Positions 1 to 8,029 of a stretch of 42,869 bases of DNA are shown here, one piece after another. Below the pieces are notes generated by a model that did not search any database, had not been told where the DNA came from, and worked only from the letters and a program-made list of their open reading frames with translations. Numbering within the stretch: position 1 is the stretch's first letter; each line of letters opens with the position of its first letter. This DNA comes from a virus (Duplodnaviria > Caudoviricetes): positions 1-42,869 of the IMG/VR virus record IMGVR_UViG_3300028588_000040; one strand, 5' to 3'. The translations under genes and the position numbers were made by a program.

Positions 1-1
1 A

Positions 2-127
2 AGAATCCCAAACCTCTGTATTTTCCCAATCTTTCGGTATTAACACGGTTTTATTTTTCTCTTTTTCTCCCGGATTATCTTTCATTTTTGAAATTTTAAA
101 TTAAACCTCCGTATCTAACGGCACAGT
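2..127. repeat. Terminal overlap copy 1 (circular assembly overlap)
   Basis: 126 nt identical to 42744-42869; position 1 mismatches 42743. Confidence 0.95.
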
Positions 128-805
128 ACCGGTAAACGTTCTTGATCTTTCTGTATCCTCTGCAATCAAAATCACAGTATCTCCATTTGCATCCGTAATG
201 GCTTTACCGGTTGTTGCCTCCGATGTTTGAAGCTCCAAAGGCTTATCTTTTTTATGCTTAACCGTATAGCCAACAACCCATTTCTGGCTATTGTTATCCT
301 CCACGATTGCAACCAAGCCGCAATTAGAAGCAATCATAATCTCCTCCACCGTGTCCCGGCTTTCTTGTGACATTTTCGGTAGCATAAATTCAATGGTTTT
401 AGTCACTTTTGTACTGCCGTTTTCCCTCGCCGTACTTTCTTTAAATTCAACCGTGTTTTTTTCAAATTCGTATTTTTTAAAAAACGTTCCTGTTTTCATT
501 GCCACGGTTGCCCATTTTTTAGCGTCAACAGTTGCTCCCAAAGTAAATGCCGTAACATCTTTCACCTCTGCCAAATATAAAGCGGTTGCACCTCCAGAAC
601 GTTCCGTACATCCTTTTACAAACCCCAGCAATGCCATTGATAAAACCCCTGTTTGTTGCGCTCCAAAATATAAATGCTGCAACGTTGCAATTGTCGTAAC
701 AACTGCCGCAGTTGGCAAAAATGGCGTTTCTAAAATCATTGAAACAACTAACGAAAAGGCAATAACCCAAACAAAACCCGCAATATAACCTAATAAATTT
801 TTCAT
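101..805 (-). CDS. Putative major tail (tube) protein with N-terminal hydrophobic extension
   Basis: Follows major capsid; CxxxxGG..LYL start and VAIVEDNN..WVVG motif typical of Bacteroidota phage tube proteins; first ~55 aa hydrophobic. Confidence 0.65.
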   Translation of the reverse strand: MKNLLGYIAGFVWVIAFSLVVSMILETPFLPTAAVVTTIATLQHLYFGAQQTGVLSMALLGFVKGCTERSGGATALYLAEVKDVTAFTLGATVDAKKWATVAMKTGTFFKKYEFEKNTVEFKESTARENGSTKVTKTIEFMLPKMSQESRDTVEEIMIASNCGLVAIVEDNNSQKWVVGYTVKHKKDKPLELQTSEATTGKAITDANGDTVILIAEDTERSRTFTGTVPLDTEV

Positions 806-819
806 CTTTTTTAATTTTT

Positions 820-843
820 TAAAAAGGCCCCGTTACCGAGGCC
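820..843 (-). terminator. Intrinsic terminator after major capsid gene
   Basis: Minus strand GGCCTCG-GTAA-CGGGGCC-TTTTT. Confidence 0.75.
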
Positions 844-851
844 GTTAAACT

Positions 852-1916
852 TTATGCCTTGTAAGAAATCACAACCAACTCCGGGAGGATGTAATCAGCC
901 CCGAACTCAAATTGCGTTCTTTGTCTGTTTTCATTTTCATCCGGGTTAAACCAGAATCTAGTTTCCGAAAATTTAGAGTTTGAATTTAAAACCAAACAAA
1001 GGTTTTCCGGAACTGTTAAAATACAAAACTCTTTCGGGAACGCTGCCGGAAAATCCGCAGCCAAATAACCATCAATATCCAACGGCAAAATTGTTATTCC
1101 ATTAAAAGTAAAACGGCTAATTCCGTCTATTTTCGCAGTCCTTGAACTTTCCAAATCACCAGCCCTCAAAGTGTCCTCATAGTTCTCCATAAAGCCAGAG
1201 GTTGCATAAAATCTCAACGCCCCCTTATCTCTCAAACGTGTTAGAACTTTTGGAGCTTTTCTAAACATTGTATTCATTGTTGTTTCCGCAGAATCAGCAA
1301 CCAAAGTAGTTGGCATCACAATTTTTAAAACCTTGTTATCAGTTCCCGGAACCGCCGTAGTACTCGAATCATTCATTAATTTAGCAATTACGCCATCTTG
1401 CTGATTGTAGTACTTATCCGGGTCACCGATTGCAAACGTTGTTCCGTCTGGGTACGTTCCGGCCGTTGTATGCAATTTATCAATATCACCCAGCCAAAAG
1501 TTACGAACAACATCATCACGCACCGCATCGAAAAACACTTTTCGCTCTGCATTAATAACCGGCGTTCCTTCAATATCATTTTGATACGTTCCGCCACGGT
1601 TAGTAATTTCATCGTAAATCATATCCTTATAATCATGCTTATCAAATGAAGCCTCCGCCTTGAACTCTGACAATGTAAGGATTTTTTGCAATTTCGGGGC
1701 TAATACTCCGCCTTGAAAACCTTTAGTGTATGGCATCAAAACCTTTTGCAAAACTCCGAAAAAGTTTAGCTTTACTTTCGATTTAACCGACATTACCACC
1801 CTAATACCCAATTCAGTAGGTAATTTTCCGGTAAATAATGGCCTAAAATTTATTTCTTCATTTTCTCGGCCGTCCCATTGAACGAAACCAACCGAACCAT
1901 ATTTTATTAAACTCAT
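852..1916 (-). CDS. Major capsid protein
   Basis: 354 aa directly downstream of protease-scaffold; HK97-like C-terminus (FNGITILPL, LTVPENL, FEFGADY..PE); followed by terminator. Confidence 0.75.
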   Translation of the reverse strand: MSLIKYGSVGFVQWDGRENEEINFRPLFTGKLPTELGIRVVMSVKSKVKLNFFGVLQKVLMPYTKGFQGGVLAPKLQKILTLSEFKAEASFDKHDYKDMIYDEITNRGGTYQNDIEGTPVINAERKVFFDAVRDDVVRNFWLGDIDKLHTTAGTYPDGTTFAIGDPDKYYNQQDGVIAKLMNDSSTTAVPGTDNKVLKIVMPTTLVADSAETTMNTMFRKAPKVLTRLRDKGALRFYATSGFMENYEDTLRAGDLESSRTAKIDGISRFTFNGITILPLDIDGYLAADFPAAFPKEFCILTVPENLCLVLNSNSKFSETRFWFNPDENENRQRTQFEFGADYILPELVVISYKA

Positions 1917-1948
1917 GGTATTTTTTTTTGTTTTTAAAAGTTAGTTAA

Positions 1949-3079
1949 TTAGTCCTTTTTTTCGTTTTTGGCCTTTGGCGTAAATCCTAGCGCTTTTTGG
2001 TTAGCTTTTTCAGCCGCCATTTTTGAATCAATATTTTTGTCCGCTTTTGGGTCCTCTCCTTTTTTTGCCTTTTTAGTTGCCAGCGGTTTCCCCTCCGCTT
2101 TTGCTAGTTTTTTGGTTAGCTTTTCAATGTTTGCATTTGCCTCCGCCAACTCCAAACCAGATTTTTCAATTTTGTTTTTCAGCTTTTTATTTTTCGCTTG
2201 CCCTTTTTGAAAATTAGCTTTTAACTCCTCAACCTCCGACTTGATTTTCTCAACGTCTTTTGTCCCTTTCGAGCCTGTTAATGATGCAACCATATCATCC
2301 AAACGGGCATTAATGGCTTTTGCCCATTTTCCTCCGTTGCTGGCTTTTCCTTTGTTTTTAGGGTTTTTTTTGCCCCCTTTTTCTTTTTCCATTTTCTCCG
2401 CTTTAATATTAATAATTGATTTTAATTTATTTTTCGGAACTTCTGGCAAATGATATTTTTTCGCCTTTGAAAAATCCGCTGCTACTTTTGTAGGTTCAAA
2501 TATATTTGTAATAAGCCCCATTTCTTTAAACTCCTCCGCATTCTGCCACTCACCCTCACCGCTATCAATTTTCATTTGTTTACGGTAAATTTTCTCATCT
2601 TTTCCGCCGGCTTTTGAGTAAATAGATGCAATCCTATCATTGACCTTTTCCAAAAATTTAATATTTTCAGATTGTTGTTTGGATGTTCCGTAAACTCCAT
2701 TACGTGCCTCATGGATCAATCCTAAAGCATTAGCGCTCATTAACCTTTCATTCCCTGCCATTGCGATAACCGTTGCGGCGCTCGCTGTCATTCCGTAAAT
2801 CTTTGTAGTGACTTTGGCCGGATGCTCCGCTAATAAATCATGTATGCTTAAACCGTGGTTTACATCACCGCCAAAAGAATTAATATTTACAGTTATATGA
2901 TCCGCTTTTATCGCAGCAATATCTTTCAATTGTTGCTTAATCGCTTCCTTTGTGTTTGCATCTGGCTCATCCTCCCACCAATCAAAACCAATAGTACCCT
3001 CAATATCAATTACAGCCTCTTTTTTTGAAGCCATGTTAATAGCAAAATTTCCTTTTAAGTTTGATTTATTCGTTTTCAT
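1949..3079 (-). CDS. ClpP-like prohead protease fused to Lys-rich coiled-coil scaffold
   Basis: INSFGGDV, TASAATVIAMAG (Ser), IHE (His); start could be 3094, 3079 or 3034. Confidence 0.9.
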   Translation of the reverse strand: MKTNKSNLKGNFAINMASKKEAVIDIEGTIGFDWWEDEPDANTKEAIKQQLKDIAAIKADHITVNINSFGGDVNHGLSIHDLLAEHPAKVTTKIYGMTASAATVIAMAGNERLMSANALGLIHEARNGVYGTSKQQSENIKFLEKVNDRIASIYSKAGGKDEKIYRKQMKIDSGEGEWQNAEEFKEMGLITNIFEPTKVAADFSKAKKYHLPEVPKNKLKSIINIKAEKMEKEKGGKKNPKNKGKASNGGKWAKAINARLDDMVASLTGSKGTKDVEKIKSEVEELKANFQKGQAKNKKLKNKIEKSGLELAEANANIEKLTKKLAKAEGKPLATKKAKKGEDPKADKNIDSKMAAEKANQKALGFTPKAKNEKKD

Positions 3080-3130
3080 AGTACAATGATACAATGTTAA
3101 AATATAATATTTAACATAAATTTCTAAAAC

Positions 3131-3165
3131 AAAAAAAAAAACTCCAACCCATTTCTGGGCGGAGT
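3131..3165 (-). terminator. Intrinsic terminator at end of structured leader
   Basis: ACTCCGCCCA-GAAA-TGGGTTGGAGT followed by 10 T. Confidence 0.85.
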
Positions 3166-3260
3166 ATTGTAAGAGCTGGCGTAATTAAGGTAATTCCCCG
3201 CCAGATTTATAGCTGTTGTTATCCTGCCGGAGCGTTTGTTTCTTCAAATGCTATACAACG
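3131..3260 (-). ncRNA. Candidate structured leader/small RNA upstream of head operon
   Basis: ~130 nt between promoter and terminator with no ORF; several stems incl. TCC-GGCA-GGA GNRA hairpin. Confidence 0.6.
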
Positions 3261-3263
3261 GTG

Positions 3264-3271
3264 CAAATATA
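3264..3271 (-). promoter_or_regulatory. Bacteroidota housekeeping-sigma -7 element
   Basis: TATATTTG matches TAnnTTTG, intergenic. Confidence 0.7.
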
Positions 3272-3272
3272 A

Positions 3273-3548
3273 TTAAAATTTAATGCTTTTAAAATAATAT
3301 AGGCAATTTTCCACTTTGCTCTCTGAAATACAAAATTTCTCCGCTGTCAACTCCTTTGCTGTTTTTGCTTTCATTGCCGGATTTTCTCGCATCAAATCGT
3401 AATAATGTTTTTTTACAAATGCAATCTCACACCTCCTAATATCAATAATGCCGGCATCAAAACAAAACCCAACTAAATCCTCCAGAGAAAAATTACCTTC
3501 ATATTTTTCTTGAATTATTTCTATAACCTTATTTTCAATTAACCCCAT
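3273..3548 (-). CDS. Small C-terminal HTH protein (Mor-like putative regulator)
   Basis: AKELTAEKFCISESKVENCLY HTH pattern; between tape measure and protease. Confidence 0.5.
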   Translation of the reverse strand: MGLIENKVIEIIQEKYEGNFSLEDLVGFCFDAGIIDIRRCEIAFVKKHYYDLMRENPAMKAKTAKELTAEKFCISESKVENCLYYFKSIKF

Positions 3549-6500
3549 GTAGAATTTTTATTAATTATGTTAGTTGTTTTTTGAGCATCAGTAACCTCCT
3601 TTTCCGACAAAATTACTTTTTTATCATTAATTCCATCAACTATTTTTTCCGCAAATTCATCCATAACCGCATTATCATCATTTCCAACAATTTTAATGCT
3701 GCTTGATCTTGGTGATGCAGTTGGAATAATTGCGCCGTATTTTGCTACTCTCGTGGCTCCCGGCTCAAAGCTATCACCATAACCGTTATGGGAATTAATT
3801 GCACTCGCTATTTGCTTTGGCGTTCCGGTTAATCTCAAAACATCATTGCTCTGCATCGAACGCTTATTAATAACCGCCTCATCCCCTTCCATTTCAATAA
3901 AATTACCGTCTGGCGTTCTGGCCGGTATTCCTCCCCCGTCATGACTAGGACCTTTTAACATTCCTCCCCTTTCAAATTTTTGCGCATCTATATTAGCTAC
4001 TTGAATACCCGTAGTTACCGCAGCCGCCGCAATTAATATCGCCGTGCTAACTCCAAAATCCCCTTTTGGCACATCCGCCAAAATTCTCATTATCGCCATC
4101 GCCCCAGCCATTAACGCCATTGTTTTATCTAATTTTTTCTTTCTTTCAAAAGCCCTTCTTTCCGCCTCCTCTTTTTTCTTTTCATATTTATCCTCAATAT
4201 CTTGCTTGCTTCTTTCGTATTGTTCATCTGAAATTAAATTAGCTTTTTTCTTTGCGTCTAAACTTTTTAACTCCGCTTTTTGCTCTGCCTCCAGCGCCCT
4301 CACTTGTTTTTTTAAATCTGCATCAATCCGGGCCTGTTTTGCATTGCTCAATGTATCAAACAATTGCCCCATTAATTCATCTGCTTTCTCTAACAATAAT
4401 TCCGCCTCACTGTCACTAATCGAAAATAGATCACCCAAAAACGATGCACCGCTTCCGCTATCATTCATTTGCTCCCTTAAAGCTTTTATTTTTGCATAAA
4501 GCTCTTTTAGTTTCTCAACGCTTTCCGCATCTAAATTATCAGCTTTTTTAACCTCGTTTAAAAGCAAATTATATTGATCTTGATAAGACTGCAATTTAAT
4601 TGCCATAATTGCCTTTTGCTTATCCTTTTCAATTTGAATAGTTTTATTTGCAATATCAACCTCAATTCCCTCCGCTTTTATAATTTCAGCTAATTTAACC
4701 GCATAAGTATCTTTTCTGGCTTCATCAATTTTCTCCTGTATTTCTTTATTTACAGCAACTAAAATATCACCCTCCTCCTCTGTTAAGGCAACTTTTTCCT
4801 CTAATTCTTTTTTATATTTTTCTAATTGTTTAAGCGTGGACTGATCCAAAACATCTTCAATCCTTTTAAAATGCCCTTTTCTTTTCTCCTCAATTAATTT
4901 ATCAGATAAATCATTTAGCTCAATTTCTTGTGCTGTTAGTTTGGCTTTTTCAATTTTACCACGCTCAACCTCCTCAATTTCACGCTTCGCCCCCAATTGC
5001 ACCAATGCAATTTTTTTAGCAATTCCCTCCTCCTCATTATTAATCTCTTGCTCTAAAATTTCATTTTGTAGCTTTTGGATATATTCAGCGTTTTTTCTGA
5101 TTTGTTCCAAACGCTTCTTTTCCGCATCCTCAGCCCTTTTTCTGGCTCTTTCAGCGGCCTCCGCCGCTTTTTCACTTGCCTTATCATCAGAAGGATCAGC
5201 AACAACCTCCCCAGAATTATCAACACTTTTTCCCAAAATAGCATCTAACGCCGCACGGTCCGCTTGTAACTGCAAAGACAATTTTTTAAAATCTGTCCTT
5301 TTTTCGGCTATATCTTTTCCGTATTTTTTTTCTAAATCTAATAAGTTTTTTTCTCCGGCTTTTATTCCGTTTTCTAATTTCCTAATCTCATCCAATCTAA
5401 AATCATTAACATTCCCGGCCAGCTTCTTAACTTCATTTAGATTTTTTTTCGCCTCCTCAACTCGTTTCTTTTGTAAATTAACATCCCCTTCCAGAGTTAA
5501 ATTACCTTGCTTTATTAGGCTATTATCTTTATTGGTTTTCTCCTCCGCTTTTCGCAAAACTTCTTTTAAGTTTGCCAATTTTACCTCCTCATCAAAAAGC
5601 ATTTGCCTAGCCCTAATCTCTTTTTTTATATTTTCATCGTTAAGAGTTTTAAAAGCTTGTGCATAAGCTACTTGATCGAGCATTTTTATATATTGCCCAT
5701 AAACTTCCAAAAGTCCATTTATATTAAATTTCTCATCTACCAAATAGCCGTTAAAAACTTTATTCACTTTTACCAAATCGGCATAAGCTTTTTTACGTGT
5801 TTCAATCGTTAACGTTTCATCTTTAATAACATTGATCAAAGATGTTATATTTGATTTTGTTTCCTCCGTCGATTTTCTTGCCTCATCCTTAATTCTGGCC
5901 AACTCATCATTAAAGTTTTTTTGCTTTTCCGCCGCATCGTTGGCTTTTCCTCCAAAAGCAACAAATGCCGCACCGAGCAATAATAAAGCCGTTACCGTTA
6001 TTCCTATTGGATTTTGAGTCAAAGTTATATTAAACAACCTCACACCGGCCGTTGCTCTCAAAGTGTTTCCCGTTAAAAAAGCTTTGGCGGTTGCCAACGC
6101 TATTGTTGCAATTCTGTAAGTTGCCATTACAGCCGTGCCGGTTATTACTGCCGCTCTCCAAAGTAGAAAAATCCCCAATCCATAACCCAGAACCGTAACG
6201 AAACGCCCATAAGAATCAATGTTATTTTCAACGCTTTTAAATAACGACCTCATCCAATCGATCACCTTTGAATTAACAAAAGCATCAACAAAGAAATTTT
6301 TAATTTTATCCGCAGTAGCTCCTAAAGTTTCATTCTTAATCGCAAACTCATCAGCAATCGACGTTCCCCGCTCCATTTCTTCATTGGCAAAAGCTTGATT
6401 TTGTCGCAGTTTGTCAGTTGCATTTGTTAAAGCTGTTATCGTTTGAATCTCACGGCTCTCCGTTATTCCTAAATTTGCGATCGTTTCATTAAGTGCGTTC

Positions 6501-8029
6501 AATCCTGTTTTAGAACTTTTTGCACCTTCCAAAATTTTTAAAAATAATTCGTTTGGATTGTTTTTGTAAAGATTATCAAATTCTTTTCGGGTTATTCCCG
6601 CAGCCTCCGCAACTTTTCTAAATTGCGTAGGACTTGCCGCCAATTCAGTAAAAAACTTTTGAACCGCCGTAGTACCCACATCAACCTTAATTCCTAATTC
6701 ATCCAAAGTCGCTGCAAGTCCCAAAGCGTTCCCGGCTCCAACGTTTGCCATATCCGCAAAACCCGCCCATTTTTGCGTACTTTCTAAAATATAACCGGCT
6801 TGCGCCTTTGTGTTTGCAGATAGGAAATTTATTGATGATCCTAAACGGTTAATTCCCTCCGCCGTACTTCCGTAAACCTCATCAAGTTTGAAAACTTTAA
6901 CCATTTTCGCAACCTCCGTAGTAATATCTTTTACCGATCCCGGCAAATCATCTTTTAACGAAACGTAGAATTTATCTACTTGCTCCACAAATTCCGCCAA
7001 CTCCTCTTTAGGAACTCTCAAACGCCCACCGCTTTCCGCTATACCTAGCAAATCATTTAGGCTAGTTCTTGTATTTATTTTTTCCAAATCTTGTGCCAGT
7101 CCCCTAACATCACCACGCAATAACCCGGTTGTTTTTTGTGCATCCGCAACGCTCTCATCAAAATCCTCCAAAACTTTCAACCCGTTACTTAATTGGTTCA
7201 TCCCAAAAGAAATGCCCACAATTGCGCCCAAACCTTTAAAGCTATCAATTAAAACATTGTTCTGGTTTTCCGTTTTTTCAATCGCTTTTTGATAACTTAA
7301 ATTTTCAATTTTTAATTGTTCTATGCCGTCCCTAGTCCTCTGTATTTCAGCGGTTAATTTCCTATGGTTTTCGCTCGCCGCCGTCCCTTGTGAAATTTGC
7401 CTTTGCTCTGCTGCAATTAAAATCGCCAACCTCCGCTCCAATTCTTTTAATGCCCCGGAATAATTACCAACATTTCGCTGGTATAATCCCATTGAAGCAT
7501 CCATTTTTTTTAATTTCTGGTCCAATTTTTCGATTGTACTCAATAGCTGTTTTCCGTCGGCACTATTTCTTTGCTCCGTCGTCAATTCCTTGTAAGTACG
7601 TCTTAAAGCACCCAAACGGGCGTTTAATTCGTCATAACTTCCTTTTGCAAGTTTGTTTATTTGATTTTCCCGGTTTATCGTTCTTAAAAGTTCTGATTTT
7701 TGCCTATTTAGCTCAACTGTCGAAGTTCTTAAATTTCCTAATTGTTGCGCTTCTTGGCTTATTGTTTCCCTAGCCTGTTGCGACAATGCCCGTAATTTTC
7801 TCTTTGTTTCCGCATATTCTTTTTCAGAAATCGCCCCGGCATCATAAAGAGCTTTTTCCCTTTTCAAATCCTCATTATAAGAAATCAAAGCGGCTTTTGC
7901 ATCCTTCACGCTTTTGTTAACTTGCGCTCTAGCCTCGCTAATACGCTTTAACGCCGCCTCAATTTCGCCAACCTTACTAACTTGCTCCTCTGTCCCTAAA
8001 ACACGAATATTAAACCCTATTGTTTTCAT
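3539..8029 (-). CDS. Tail tape measure protein
   Basis: 1496 aa, coiled-coil, TP901-type core (FDESVADAQKTTG), TM region, QRNVGNY and GPSHDGGGI motifs. Confidence 0.93.
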   Translation of the reverse strand: MKTIGFNIRVLGTEEQVSKVGEIEAALKRISEARAQVNKSVKDAKAALISYNEDLKREKALYDAGAISEKEYAETKRKLRALSQQARETISQEAQQLGNLRTSTVELNRQKSELLRTINRENQINKLAKGSYDELNARLGALRRTYKELTTEQRNSADGKQLLSTIEKLDQKLKKMDASMGLYQRNVGNYSGALKELERRLAILIAAEQRQISQGTAASENHRKLTAEIQRTRDGIEQLKIENLSYQKAIEKTENQNNVLIDSFKGLGAIVGISFGMNQLSNGLKVLEDFDESVADAQKTTGLLRGDVRGLAQDLEKINTRTSLNDLLGIAESGGRLRVPKEELAEFVEQVDKFYVSLKDDLPGSVKDITTEVAKMVKVFKLDEVYGSTAEGINRLGSSINFLSANTKAQAGYILESTQKWAGFADMANVGAGNALGLAATLDELGIKVDVGTTAVQKFFTELAASPTQFRKVAEAAGITRKEFDNLYKNNPNELFLKILEGAKSSKTGLNALNETIANLGITESREIQTITALTNATDKLRQNQAFANEEMERGTSIADEFAIKNETLGATADKIKNFFVDAFVNSKVIDWMRSLFKSVENNIDSYGRFVTVLGYGLGIFLLWRAAVITGTAVMATYRIATIALATAKAFLTGNTLRATAGVRLFNITLTQNPIGITVTALLLLGAAFVAFGGKANDAAEKQKNFNDELARIKDEARKSTEETKSNITSLINVIKDETLTIETRKKAYADLVKVNKVFNGYLVDEKFNINGLLEVYGQYIKMLDQVAYAQAFKTLNDENIKKEIRARQMLFDEEVKLANLKEVLRKAEEKTNKDNSLIKQGNLTLEGDVNLQKKRVEEAKKNLNEVKKLAGNVNDFRLDEIRKLENGIKAGEKNLLDLEKKYGKDIAEKRTDFKKLSLQLQADRAALDAILGKSVDNSGEVVADPSDDKASEKAAEAAERARKRAEDAEKKRLEQIRKNAEYIQKLQNEILEQEINNEEEGIAKKIALVQLGAKREIEEVERGKIEKAKLTAQEIELNDLSDKLIEEKRKGHFKRIEDVLDQSTLKQLEKYKKELEEKVALTEEEGDILVAVNKEIQEKIDEARKDTYAVKLAEIIKAEGIEVDIANKTIQIEKDKQKAIMAIKLQSYQDQYNLLLNEVKKADNLDAESVEKLKELYAKIKALREQMNDSGSGASFLGDLFSISDSEAELLLEKADELMGQLFDTLSNAKQARIDADLKKQVRALEAEQKAELKSLDAKKKANLISDEQYERSKQDIEDKYEKKKEEAERRAFERKKKLDKTMALMAGAMAIMRILADVPKGDFGVSTAILIAAAAVTTGIQVANIDAQKFERGGMLKGPSHDGGGIPARTPDGNFIEMEGDEAVINKRSMQSNDVLRLTGTPKQIASAINSHNGYGDSFEPGATRVAKYGAIIPTASPRSSSIKIVGNDDNAVMDEFAEKIVDGINDKKVILSEKEVTDAQKTTNIINKNSTWG

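Noticed and set aside
2-127. Biological direct terminal repeat
   Set aside because: Length of 126-127 nt cutting through genes fits a k-mer assembly overlap; not evidence of physical ends
3131-3260. Known ribozyme or riboswitch (hammerhead, SAM, ZTP, cobalamin, c-di-GMP) or tRNA
   Set aside because: Diagnostic conserved cores not found by eye; no tRNA cloverleaf noticed in the window
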